DNA of 64,000 bases from Octopus sinensis (Eukaryota): positions 1 through 64,000 of the forward strand of contig NW_021833892.1 in the NCBI RefSeq assembly GCF_006345805.1, written 5' to 3'. Both the position numbers and the translations under genes were made by a program. This document shows, in pieces, positions 1 to 12,548 of this stretch. Position 1 is the first letter of the stretch; each line of letters starts with the position of its first letter. The notes beneath the pieces were generated by a model. It did not search any database. It was not told the origin of the DNA and saw only the letters and a program-made list of their open reading frames with translations.

Positions 1-321
1 AAAATAATTTTTTTAATTTTTTGGCTTGAAGGTTTTGGGGGACCACATCATGTGAGTCGAGGACTTTCTTGTTGTTCATTTTAACAAAAACGCAGAAAAA
101 TATTTTTTTTATTTTTTGGCTTGAAGGTTTTGGGGGACCACATCATGTGAGTCGAGGACTTTCTTGTTGTTCATTTTAACAAAAACGCAGAAAATAATTT
201 TTTTTAATTTTTTGGCTTGAAGGTTTTGGGGGACCACATCATGTGAGTCGAGGACTTTCTTTTTGTTCATTTTAACAAAAACGCAGAAAATTGACTTGAA
301 GGTTTTGGGGGACCTCATCAT
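1..321. repeat. 95-96 bp minisatellite, three copies plus a partial copy
   Basis: Units 1-95, 96-190 and 191-286, partial 287-321, near-identical. Confidence 0.95.
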
Positions 322-465
322 CGAGGATATTCTTTCTTATTAAAATTTTTTGACAGGAAGGTTCTTAGAGGATATCAACCTTTTATTGTGCCTCATTATC
401 GAATAACTACAAAAGGAAGGTTTTGACAATTTGATCTGGTTTGTAACAATTTGAATGTGGGTGTG

Positions 466-510
466 CACAGACAGACAGACAGACACACAGACAGACAGAC
501 AGACACACAC
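466..510. repeat. (GACA)n/(CA)n microsatellite
   Basis: cacagacagacagacagacacacagacagacagacagacacacac. Confidence 0.95.
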
Positions 511-531
511 CATACCATTTTATTATTAAGA

Positions 532-1726
532 TATCTTACTAAAAGATTCTTCAATATTATGAAGACTATTCCATTAAGCAACGACACTATACGAAGAAGA
601 ATTGATGAAATTTCTAATGAAATTGAACAATCTTTAATTTATTTCTCAGAGAACGCAAGTTTTCAGTCCAACTTGACGAATCATTTGTCGTTGATAATCA
701 GTCAATTTTGATGGCATATGTAAGGTATTACTTTTTATAAATACTTTTTATAAAGATATTTCGATGATGATTCTATTTTGCAAGAAGAGTTATTATTTGC
801 AAAATCTTTAGTCACGGATACTACAGGATTGTCATATTCAAAATGTTTGAATCTTCTTATTTATTCTTAAATGATATTCCATTTGAACATTTTTATCGTG
901 CGCAACTGATGGCGCAATGGCTATGGTTGAAAATATCGTGGTTTTTTTAGCTTTTCTAAAACAGAATCTCCAATGTCCACTTCAATCATTGTATTTTACA
1001 TCGGCATCATTTAATTGCAAAAGGAGATTATGTTAATTTAATTAATTGCAAACGAATTTAAATACATTCATTGAAAAAATTCAATGTTACAAATTTAATT
1101 TAAGTACTAGAAAATTTGGAAAATTCGATTTTTATGACCACACTTTTGATGACAACGATCTGAAAATTTATGAATTTCATTATTAATCTTTGGAACAAGA
1201 TTTGAAAAAAAGATTAAAGATTTAATTAATTTAAACTTTTCTGATTGGATGATTAATCCTTGGTTGCCCATTCATTATGATTCTGATGATGAATGTCAAG
1301 AAGAATAATAGAACTAAAAAACGACGAAGAACTGAAAATAAAATTTAAAAATGAAAACCTGACACAATTCTGAGGAGAAAATCTATAAAAATGAAATTCC
1401 CGAAATTATGGGAAAAAATGATGCCAATAATATTAGTTTTTTCCTACGTCATACTGCGTAGAGAGAGGATTCAGCACTCTGAATAGTATGATCGGAAAAA
1501 AAAAACAAACTAAATATAGAAAAAAGGGCGACATTAGAATTACACTTACGAAAAGAAGTACAAATTTTGAAAAACTTGTAAATCTTCATCAACCACAAGG
1601 ATCTCATTAAAACTCTTATTTTTTAAATAAAAATTTTTACTAATGAAATAAGGGGGCGATATAAAAATTGAAGGGGCGAAAAAAATTCCAAGAAGGCAAT
1701 ACAAAAATAAAGGTTGAGAACCACTG
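532..1726 (+). mobile_element. Decayed hAT (Buster/Charlie-like) transposon, 3' end preserved
   Basis: Motifs LSNDTIRRRIDE, SVQLDES and C-terminal HQPQGSH*; ends GGTTGAGAACCACTG then atcTAaaa. Confidence 0.85.
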
Positions 1727-3101
1727 ATCTAAAATGTAACAGGAAAGGTATTTTCCCGTGGAAAGAAAACAAACATATGAAAAATCTGAATCAATTCGTT
1801 TTGATGTATAAAAACGATGTATTTCATTGTACAGAAAATTTATTTTATTTTTCATGTAATTTTTTTCAATTTAATAAATTTTTGTAATTTTATTTCCCTA
1901 TTTTTATAAGTTGAATTTGAAGAGTTCTTTGCAGATTTTCCGGCAAAACTCCTAAGACACAGGCAATAGCGATAGACAGCTTTTCTCATCTTTTTTAAAA
2001 TCGAAAATTTCTTCAGAAATTATTAATGTCGTCAAAATCAATTTAGTTACACCCAGAACGTTAATGTTTGATACAAAAGTTCTTTTTAAAGAGTTGGTTT
2101 TTGTACAAGCAAATGTTGCTCCTGAGTGTGTTTTGACCAACACGTCTTCTTTGAATAAATTTACTAATTTCATCTGCATCAAATGAACCATCAGTATAGT
2201 CAATAATTCCAGTCAGCACTGTGTCCTCATTTTTTATTGAACAAACAAATTGTTAAATACGTCCAAGTTAAAGCCAGATTTATCAAAGAAAACAATTTTC
2301 TAATTCTTTCTAAGCATCATATCAGATGCATATACCGCCCTTTTTTTCATGATCTCCTTCAAAGGATATTGAGGCTCTTTTTACAATCTCTTTTTAGGCC
2401 AGTTTCTCTTGTTGAAACACTCATCTTTGTTTTTGAGATAATAATAGGTCTTAGAGAAGGTTTTATATGCTTCAAGTCTTTTTCTTTTATTTGATATTTG
2501 ATTGATATTTTCGATTCAAATTTTATTTCAGCGTGAGGTTTGAGTAATGTTAAACTAATTTAGTAAAAGAACTGGTTGATAAAGATTTTAAAAAATAAAC
2601 CATAAAAATATTAAAATCCATTTTATAGCTAAACTCATCCATTCTGTTTAGGAATTGTCCATTTAACCCTGATATAGTTTTTTTTTCCTTAAAAAATAAC
2701 CTTTTATATTTTTTTATGTGTATTTGGTGTTGTAATAAGGTCCTTTGCACATATATGTCAATAATCTCAGCTTGTAAAATATCTATTACTACAATATAAC
2801 ATGGGATATCCACCTTGAACACAATACTATCTGGAAATTTATGGTCCTCAGGTTGATGATTATTTTTAAGATTGATTTCAGCACATCATGTTTTTTAGTT
2901 CACTACTTTCTACGGCAAATGAAGTTTATTTTTAATTAACTTTGAATTTTAATTTTAAACGATATTTATTAAGTCGTTTGTGAGAACTGAATTGATATCT
3001 AGAACTACCATATCTTGCTTCCTAATTTATTTCCTTTTATTTAAGTTTAGTTGGTCAGTAAAAAGCCAAAAATAAAAAATTAAATCTATTTGAAAATAAA
3101 G

Positions 3102-3582
3102 TCAACTCCAAAACATGGAAGCAATTCGATTGACAATGGAAGAAAAAGACGAGACTTGATTAGGATTCCACAAATTGGATTTATTGAGAAAGGACTGCCA
3201 GCCTTCTCTGGACTGAATCAGTGAAGTGTATTCAACATGGCCGTCAATGTGCTCAGAAAAGGCAGTGACGATCCTCTCCACGGAGTCAGGCCAGAGATAT
3301 GAGATGGACCGACAGAACAACATGAACATCATCAAACGGCCACACACGCAGAATTGGAACCATTCTCCACATTTGCAAGGATCATTTCGATTTTTGATTT
3401 GATGGAATGTCGATGGAGGACACTCCTCGATTGACAATTGTTAGATAGTCCTGTCGCTCGGATATGAGCTCGTCCAATCGATTTATCAGGGGTTGGAGGT
3501 GAATTCGGAGTGGATTTGCTTCACAGTTCTCATTTGATTGAGCAATTGTTTGGAATAATTCGAAGTGGATATAACACACCAT
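3102..3582 (-). other. Two overlapping coding-like ORFs (66 aa and 111 aa), product unknown
   Basis: GC-elevated island in AT-rich DNA; ORFs 3382-3582 and 3102-3437 overlap in different frames; ATG at 3582. Confidence 0.3.
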
Positions 3583-3604
3583 TCACAACAACACAAAAAC
3601 AATT

Positions 3605-4430
3605 CTATTTGATTGTGGTTTGTTTATTAATTCACTCTCAATTTTATTTTTAATAATTCACAGATACGAACATCTAAACTAAACTAAAATGAATATACAT
3701 CTATTTTTACGTCTGTTTTTATGTTTTCTTTAAAATTCAGATTAAAACTATTTACCTTCTAGAAGTTGTTTGCAAATTCAATTTCTCTGAATTATTAATT
3801 TTATTATATCTATTATTTTCAGTTGTTTTATTCCCATCATTTGCAAAAATGAAAACAAAATAAAATACTTTTATCTACTCCTGGATTAATATTCATTCTA
3901 TAGTCAAATTAAATATTATTTACATTTTCGTTACATTGCTATTTGTTATAAATGTCACTGTGAGCAAAATGGTCAGGTAAATCATTTTCTTTAAAGGAAT
4001 CGTTATTTATTTTATACTCTTGTATTTGTACTTTAATTTTGTACTATATTTCTAATTGCTAGTTAAAATAAATCAATAAACATTTATATTCTATTTTAAA
4101 TGCAAACTTTTGTTTAAAATACAAATATTTATGTACTAAATTGGTGAAATAATTGATAACCGATTTTTAGTTTGACAAACAACGTATTTTTGTGATTTGG
4201 AACACTTTACAAAAGCGTTGATATCAAAAAATCGTGAGGATAAAATTCCGACGACGTCTCACATGATACTGCCCTTGTACTAAATGCCTTTTCTCCATTC
4301 CCAGAAGGAACGGGTTTAGATGCCAGATTTCGAAAAGACTGCAATAAAGATTTGCCCCCATGCCTTTCATCCAAAAGCCTTGCATCGGATGCTTTACGGA
4401 GTGTACTTTTGCCTTTCTTTCGCACGAGGA
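3605..4430. repeat. Older diverged paralog of segment 6330-7150
   Basis: Collinear match from atttgattgtggtttgtttattaattcactctc through the catccaaa..gcc/accttg region, with scattered substitutions. Confidence 0.9.
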
Positions 4431-4559
4431 TATTCGCAAGTTAAACCGAAACGCCCTTTCCAAGGTCCCTGAGACGGCAATGATCTCTCTAACTGGCTTT
4501 ATTGATCACCCTCTGGATGTAAACTCATTCCTCATTAAACTATCTGAATTTCAAAGTTC

Positions 4560-5060
4560 TTTGAAAATTTCCATACGGATTTTTAAGTCTGCCAGGATAC
4601 AGGTTTCCAAAGCCTCTCTTCCTTTATCAACGAAGTGCTCTCGTCCTACAACTGCGAAGCTTGGTCGCGTCTAACTAGCTTTGCCTCACTTGCTCTTGGA
4701 ACCCCTACCCGCACTGGGAGGAATCTACTCCCTCTCTCGACATTGATAAAAAAGAATATTAACAAAATCTATTCGCACCTAATAACAGATTTCCCAGTAG
4801 TTATTTACAAACGTGTTCAAAGAACATCCCACACGGTCTGGAAAACACCTTGAATGAACATGTCAGTATCAAGCTAGGCGAAGGTGATGTCCGTGTTGCA
4901 ATTCGCACAGTTTCAAACGACGACACAGTGCTAAAACTGACTCCTAATGTCCTTGCCCATTCGAGATCAAAACACCCGGACCATTCACCTGATGTAAGAC
5001 CTCTTACTTGCTCATCTGTGCCTTCCACCTACGACCTCCCAAAAGAAGAAATCTGAATTT
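4560..5060 (+). mobile_element. Non-LTR fragments: RTE-like (about 4560-4700) and CRE-like (about 4850-5050)
   Basis: INEVLSSYNCEAW (post-RT motif of RTE-like elements); KLGEGDVRVAIRTVSNDD...RSKHP (CRE pre-RT motif). Confidence 0.55.
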
Positions 5061-5226
5061 CAATCAAATCATTCAGGAAGAGCAGCTGCGGCGGTCATCT
5101 GCAACAACGTGAAATCAAAGACACGACTCCTATCGAATGGGGTTTTTACACACCGATTGAACTCGGTGGGTTTGCAATTTCTGGACCGCCTCAACTTTTC
5201 TAATCGGAGAAAGTTATTTCTATATT

Positions 5227-5600
5227 TCAGCCACGTTGATGACGACGATACGTAAATGTGCGGGTTGTCCAGACTGCTAAAGAGAGTCTTGTGAAGGCTT
5301 TTAAGTTGATCTTTTTTATTAGTGATTCCTTCTGAAGTTTGATCAACTCTTTCACATTAACTTGGGTAGCACCCAGACCATACTTAGCCGACACGTAGAC
5401 TTTTATGGTCCCTAAGTGTGTACCATACGATTTTTTAACAGCCAGAATGGCAGCCTTTCTTTGGGATAGACTCAATTCACTCCACAAGGTGTCGTGCATC
5501 TAAGTAAGAATTCACTCACTTAAGTGTGCCAAATTGAAATATTTTGGGATTTTATGTTTTTCGGCCTTCTTAGCTGCTGAACTTGGACTGGTTGCAGAGT
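5227..5600 (-). CDS. Linker histone H1-like globular domain, exon structure uncertain
   Basis: KKAEKHKIPKYFNL ... AAILAVKKSYGTHLGTIKVYVSAKYG resembles the H15 pattern HPKYxxM..AIxxLxxRxGSSxxAIKKYIxxxY. Confidence 0.45.
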
Positions 5601-6519
5601 TAACTATTTTTGTCTTCAAAAAGGTTTACCAATTCTTGTTTAACTATTTCAAAAATCGTCCCCGTTCGAGCTATTGACATGCTCCACGTCGGACAAAACA
5701 TCCATTGGCATGGTCTGGAATCACTTAATTAGCTAGGAATTTTATCTTTTTTCCTTATAACCCGGTGATCCTGGGGTAACAATAAATATATAAATTCAGT
5801 TTTTTAAGATTGTATTTACTCGTTCCCATAAAGTAGTGATTAGATTGTCGCAAATCAGATCAGGACTGCTCAATAATTATTTTCTCTTCCTGTTTCATTT
5901 TATTTAATCACTAAACAAATAGCTGAACCATCTTCATCAGAGACATGCTTTTGATTTTTAGTGATGAACAACATCCCTAACCTGATTTAACCGCTCTATA
6001 ATAATTTGCTTTTCAAATACATCACGTTCACACATTTGCTTCACATGTAGACATCTTTATGTAGCATTACAATACTCAATATGATGACAAAAATATCTTA
6101 GATTATTATTATTGTAAGGAAAGTAAATTTAGTAAATTTATGAATGTTAGTATTTATTCGATGGTTTTTTTTGTTTGTACACCCAATCGCATAAAAGGAA
6201 ATTCTAGAATCATAAAAATTTTTACCATTAGAACTAGAGGAATTAAATTTGGGAAAACCTGGGTTTAATTAAAACATTATTTGCTTACTTCTAACACTTA
6301 GAGCATCATTAAATTCACGACCTTTGGTATTTGATTGTGGTTTGTTTATTAATTCACTCTCAATTTTATTTTTTAATAATTCACAGATACGAACATCTAA
6401 ACTAAACTAAAATAAAATATACAATCTATTTTTACGTCTGTGTATATTTTTTCTTTAAAATTTAGATTAAAACTAATTTACCTTCTAGAATTTGCCTGCA
6501 AATTTCAATTAATCTGAAA

Positions 6520-7348
6520 TTATTAATTTTGTTATACGTATCAAGTTCAGTTATTGTATTCCTATCATCTGTAAAAATGAAAACAAAATGAAATACTTTT
6601 ATCTACTTCTGGAGTAATATTTATACTATAATTAAATTAAATATTATTTACATTTGAATCACATAGCTATTTGTCATAAATGTTACTGTGAGAAAAATGG
6701 TCAGGAAAATCATTTTCTTTAAAGGAATCGTTATTTGTTTTATACTCTTGTATTTGTACTTTAATTTTGTACTATATTTCTAATTGCTAGTTAAAATAAA
6801 TCAATAAACATTTATATTCTATTTTAAATGCAAACTTTTGTTTAAAATACAAATATTTATGTACTAAATTGGTGAAATAATTGATAACCGATTTTTAGTT
6901 TGACAAACAACGTATTTTTGTGATTTGGAACACTTTAAAAAAGCGTTGATATCAAAAAATCGTGAGGATAAAATTCCGACGACGTCTCACATGATACTGC
7001 CCTTGTACTAAATGCCTTTTCTCAATTCCCAGAAGGAACGGGTTTAGATGCCAGATTTCGAAAAAGACTGCAATAAAGATTTGCCCTCATGCCTTTCATC
7101 CAAAAACCTTGGATCGGATGCTTTACGGAATGCTCCTTTGCCTTTCTCTCTCTTGGACGTGGATATTCGCTTTTCCCGATGTTGGACTCTGGAATCAACG
7201 CAAGTGCGGGACGGCCCAACACATGTGGAACGCTCTCAAAAAGTTTAGACCTGCCAGCTATTGCACAGACTCAGAACAGAAAAGTCAACCTGAATTGATA
7301 AACTCATGAAATTCTACGCCGGAATCAACCACAAGAATCATCTAAAGA
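6520..7348. repeat. About 830 bp direct repeat, copy A (copy A' at 11722-12548)
   Basis: Differs from copy A' by only a few changes I could see, including a 5-nt and a 1-nt indel. Confidence 0.95.
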
Positions 7349-7368
7349 TAAACTCATATTATTTAAAC

Positions 7369-7580
7369 CAGGGGTTCTCAACCTTTTTAGCTCAAGGGCC
7401 AAATCCAAATCCCCTCCTCCTATAGACCCATCTCACTTTTAAGTTGATTTGCAAAGATTCGTGAAAAACTAATTCTCGATTTGATCACCCTATTCTTCCC
7501 CTTACATACATCCAACATGGCTTCAGGAGTAATTTCTCTATCTCGACACATCTTACCACATTAACCCAGTTTATAGGAAG
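7369..7580 (+). mobile_element. hAT 5' terminus followed by a short LINE RT fragment
   Basis: attTAaac|CAGGGGTTCTCAACC; then QHGFRSNFSISTHLTTLTQFI. Confidence 0.65.
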
Positions 7581-7584
7581 GAAA

Positions 7585-10500
7585 ATTTTTATTTTAAATA
7601 ATTAGTTAGAGAGGCTGTTTGTGAGGTAACATAAGGAGACCTTCGGCATTCCTGCCTTTTCGGTCCAGCACACACGCTCGCCTCTCTACACAACCACAGG
7701 TTAGGACTTACCGTCTTACCTGCCACCCAGTCATTATCTTCTCTAGGACCTCAGGGAGGCCTTGAGGGACAATTCCTGGGTGTTGGAGAGCTCATCACGC
7801 CATCCTAAGCCATAGCTAGCCGGATGGCTCGTCTTCTTACTTTCTTAAGCGCGTCAACGTACTTCTCCCTGTCCTCGCAGAAGTGCCAAGCGTGCACGCC
7901 ATAGGTTAACACGGGTAACACCCATGGCGTTGAACACACGGAACCAGGCACCTCTCCTCAAGTGGAAAGCACGCAACGCGCCTAATCGCTGCATTGCACG
8001 CATTTTAGTACGTGCAATGTGATCATCGAACTTACCTGACTGCTTGAAGACCACGCCCAAGTAAGTTGTCCGATCAACTACAGCGATCGCTGACCCGTCC
8101 AGCGATAACCTAGGGATAAAATTAGTGTAACCCCTCGTCCTTTTACAGACTTTAAGACACTGCACTTGTCCGCACACATCTTTAGACCCCTACTCCCACA
8201 CCAGTTTACAAGTTCATCCACAGCAACCTGTAGCCTACGACACGCACACTCTGGTTTCATCGACTGATCCCAGAGGATAATGTCGTCTGCATAGATCACC
8301 ATTCCAGTACGAGCATTGACTGGCATAGGTGCAGAGGCCATAAAGATATTAAACAGTGTGGGACTCAGCACAGAACCCTGAGGGACCCCGCGAAGGACTG
8401 TTGCGACTTTAGAAAAGACCCCCTGGTGTCGCACGACCTGACCGCGAGATTCGAGGAACCCCGACAGCCAGCGCCTTAGACACGGAGAAACCCCACACGT
8501 GGCGAGGGAACTCCGCAGGCCGTCGTGCCACACCGAGTCGAAGGCCTTTTCTATGTCAAGACTAACTAACATACCACACTCCCTTTTCTGGAGGGCGTTC
8601 TTCATTTCGGAAGACCCTTCCACAAGCAGTCTCCACATGAACGACCCTCCCTGATCCCCATTGGAACTCCGGGAGGGCGTCAACCACCGTCAGCTCCTCC
8701 AGGAGCCTTCGGTGCATGATCCTTTCTAGGATTTTAGATATAGCGGGAAGCAAGGAAATGGGCCTGTATCCCCCGGGACATCATGAGGCTTCCCAGGTTT
8801 TCCAATGAGGATTACCTCAGCCACTTTCCACCTGGAAGGAATCATCCCAAGTCGCAAACTCCCGCTAAACAAAACCTGTAAGGCCGTGATCAACAACGGC
8901 GGGGCCTTTTTGAAGATGGACATAGGGATCCGATCTAGCCCCGCCGCGGTGTTCTTACTTCGGGAGATCGCTGCCAGGATCTCCCTTTCGGAAACTTCGC
9001 CTGCATCGACCCTTGATATGTCCAGCTGGCAGCGCTTGTCCCAAGACAATACCTCCTGGATAGTAACAAAAGACGACGTCTCTACGAACTGACTTCCGTC
9101 AGTTCCCGAGATGTTGTTGAGGTGGGTTGAAAATATATCAGCCACCTCAACCGGGTCCGAGGCGAGGGTTCCATCAGAGCGCTTAAGGCGCACTGACTTT
9201 GCCTCCCCTCTCCCCGACAGGCTCTTCAGTTGTTTCCAGAAGTCCGGAAAGCGCGGGTCCACTCTTTTGCAGGCCCGCTCCCACCGTGAACTTTCAAGTT
9301 CGCGGATTTCTCTTCTGATCTCCCTCTGAAGCCGGCTAATCCAGCCACGAAACCAAACACGGTTTTCCTCGTAAACGCATTTGTCCCGTAGTCTGGATAG
9401 CCGGCGCTTAAACTTAATTTTATTTAAGACCCGGTATGGCAGCGTGGAATGTGACTTACCCTGCATTGAGTTATGTTTGAAATTATCTCGCATATAATCA
9501 GGGCAGCATTGATTCCATTATCTAACATCTCCAACTCACTTATATTGGCGCAGGTATTCCCCACCAGAAGTGAGGGCAACCTGCTGGCCATGAACCTCTC
9601 CAGGTTGGCCCAAGAACCCGACCGAAAGTCAAAATATCCCGAACTCTTTGAGGGGCTGACTCACGGAGTTCGTGCAATAAAGGCAGATGGTCGCTTCCGA
9701 TATTGGGCAATAAAATTGTTTTACTAACCCAATTTAGCATTCCAAGACTGACCAGAGCAAGCCCTAGCCAGTCTCGTCCGCCTCGCGAGTCGATGTGGTT
9801 TGGCTCACTTGAAGATCGGACTTCCAGCCCGAGGTCTTCAACCAGTGTCTTCAGAGCCAAACCATGCGCGTTGGTTGCCCTAAAACCAAGCTCTATGTGC
9901 TTGGCATTCAGGTCTCCAACGCTTTCCAAAGAACTCCCGTACGTGCCAGGAACACGCCGTAAAGTTCTTCGAATACATCGCCCCTAGGTAAAATGTAAGG
10001 TTACCTATACGAATCCTTACTTGCAGGAATTCGCATAGGCTACAAGAACATAAACCTGAACTTTGCAAGGCGAGGTACGGCTTGTAGAACAGGCTAGTTC
10101 CCGTGCCACATATTGACCCCTGTTTCCAGGGTATGTGACAACAGTTGTAGCCATCAACTACATACGGACCCCCCTTTACCTTCGTTTCGTTGACCACCAG
10201 AATGTCCGCACTCGTGGTGGCCAACATCCTCTGAACGGCGTCTCCTTTACCGGACAAGGAGCGCGCGTTCACCGATATAATGTTGAGCATCATATCGGTT
10301 CCTCGCCAAGGATCTACATGGTCTCAGCCATGTTGCAATGTAGCATATCTGCTACACTGCACTTCGTCGCCCTGCATAATTTTAGTAGGCGCACACACAA
10401 CTGCACCTCAGGACTAATGGTGTCCTGGGGAGCACGCTCGCCAGAGGGGGAGTGCGGTGGCATTTCCACGTATGGAGGACGCCTTTTCCCCCCTAGGTTT

Positions 10501-11720
10501 TGCTGGGCGGTATCACCTGTAGCCCACTCTGAAGGCTTAGCACGCTTCGGCATCCGAACTGACTCGGATGTTATTAGCGGCTCAGCCGACTTTGTCGGCA
10601 AAGGTGGTACCGACTCGCTCGCAATGTGGCTTGCAGGCTTCACAGGCCTCGCCACCGAAGCAGTCTTGGGTGGTTTGGACTGCTTTGCCCGCTTGCCAGG
10701 TTGTGGCCCAGTAACTGCGACGCTAGCCGCGCGACTTACCTTCGAGATTACACCCGCACCTACCTTTCGGGTTGCCTCCTTGAACTTGGGGCAACCTTTG
10801 AAGTTGGCACTGTGTCCCAACTTACCGCAGTTGACACAGTACCTCTTCGTAGGTGGCGAGGGGCATGCCTTGCGACCATGCTCGCCACCGCAGGTCAAGC
10901 ACTTCGCCTTCTCAGGACATCTCGTGCTTATGTGCCCGAAACCCTGACACCGAAAGCATTGGGTGGCTTTCGGGCGGGGCCGGACAGCACGAAGCCTAAC
11001 GTAGCCGACCCTCGTACCCAGCAGTATGAGGCGCTCGCTTCTTCCGCAGGAGATCCCAGCGTAACCTCCACCACTTCAAGAGGCCGATAACCTTGCTTGA
11101 AGCGTGCAATGGCAGAGGTACTGGGGTACTCCCGCTGCAGGTGCTCTAAAAGGTCGTTATCCTCAAAGTCCCGGGGGACCCCAAGGAGGAGGACTCTTAC
11201 CTGCCCTACCTTGCGTTCGAACCTGACAAGCCGATGCATGCCAGGACCGAACGGGATGGACTTTTCCAGCTCCCTTTCGAAACTGAAAAAGTCCTCAGAC
11301 TTCTCCCACCCAAGCAGGAATTGAGTGGGCTCCCTCTTCAGGACTCGATACCGCTTAGACGGCTGTATCGAGTCCAAGATCCCTAAAATTTTAACGACTG
11401 AGGCCTTTCCACAGTGGGAAAGACCTCTAGTCGTGCTACAAACGCCGAAGGTAATTCTAACCACCCCCGACGCGAGCAGTCTTCTTCGACGGCGGATCCA
11501 TCTCCGAAGACGAATTGCGAGAACCTAAGTTGTTAGAAATTGGACGGCAAGCGACACGTTTAGGTTTCCCAACGGTACGCCAGCCGTCCTCATGGGCTAC
11601 CTGAGCAGGTTCTACTGCATCCCCTTCTGTTCGGGATGGCTTTGCACCCCTTTTTTCTGCTTTAAGATTGCCATTTTTGCGCATCACAGGAAAAACGACC
11701 ATGCTTGCACGCTACAATTT
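7585..11720 (-). mobile_element. Near full-length Jockey/I-like LINE (ORF1 gag-like, ORF2 APE plus RT), frameshifted
   Basis: ORF1 starts at 11702 with zinc knuckles (CLTCGGEHGRKAC, CVNCGKLGHSANFKGCP) and stops at 10314; ORF2 ATG at 10293 with NIISVNARSL, GDLNAKH, SDHLP, LDIEKAFDSVWH, GVPQGSVLSP, YADD; AT-rich 3' end near 7585. Confidence 0.95.
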
Positions 11721-11721
11721 A

Positions 11722-12548
11722 TTAATTAATTTTGTTATACGTATCAAGTTCAGTTATTGTATTCCTATCATCTGTAAAAATGAAAACAAAATGAAATACT
11801 TTTATCTACTTCTGGAGTAATATTCATACTATAATTAAATTAAATATTATTTACATTTGAATCACATAGCTATTTGTCATAAATGTTACTGTGAGAAAAA
11901 TGGTCAGGAAAATCATTTTCTTTAAAGGAATCGTTATTTGTTTTATACTCTTGTATTTGTACTTTAATTTTGTACTATATATTGCTAGTTAAAATAAATC
12001 AATAAACATTTATATTCTATTTTAAATGCAAACTTTTGTTTAAAATACAAATATTTATGTACTAAATTGGTGAAATAATTGATAACCGATTTTTAGTTTG
12101 ACAAACAACGTATTTTTGTGATTTGGAACACTTTAAAAAAGCGTTGATATCAAAAAATCGTGAGGAAAATTCCGACGACGTCTCACATGATACTGCCCTT
12201 GTACTAAATGCCTTTTCTCAATTCCCAGAAGGAACGGGTTTAGATGCCAGATTTCGAAAAAGACTGCAATAAAGATTTGCCCTCATGCCTTTCATCCAAA
12301 AACCTTGGATCGGATGCTTTACGGAATGCTCCTTTGCCTTTCTCTCTCTTGGACGTGGATATTCGCTTTTCCCGATGTTGGACTCTGGAATCAACGCAAG
12401 TGCGGGACGGCCCAACACATGTGGAACGCTCTCAAAAAGTTTAGACCTGCCAGCTATTGCACAGACTCAGAACAGAAAAGTCAACCTGAATTGATAAACT
12501 CATGAAATTCTACGCCGGAATCAACCACAAGAATCATCTAAAGATAAC
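11722..12548. repeat. About 830 bp direct repeat, copy A'
   Basis: Matches 6520-7348; a further partial copy follows at 12550-12707. Confidence 0.95.

Larger units (their letters stand above)
1..531 (-). mobile_element. Non-autonomous Helitron-like element, 5' part (runs off the window), inserted next to a hAT transposase relic
   Basis: Minus strand starts A|TCTTAATAATAAAATGG followed by a (GTCT)n tract, the layout of Lep1/DINE-like non-autonomous Helitrons; hAT coding sequence lies directly at 531+. Confidence 0.55.

Noticed and set aside
1-321. Possible spliced-leader RNA array (GTGAGT donor-like site and AATTTTTTGG Sm-like site in each unit)
   Set aside because: Units abut with no promoter spacer, the stems are weak, and the array is better explained as a Helitron-borne minisatellite.
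1-321. CRISPR-like array
   Set aside because: No unique spacers; eukaryotic context.
1900-2900. Minus-strand ORF fragments as a gene
   Set aside because: I could not build a stop-free spliced model or recognise a motif.
5555-5600. U2 snRNA-like 5' sequence (tcggccttcttagct)
   Set aside because: The match is short, lacks the branch-pairing GTGTAGTA, and the sequence codes on the opposite strand.
10135-11090. Long plus-strand ORFs (270 aa and 154 aa)
   Set aside because: Antisense shadows of the GC-rich LINE ORF1.
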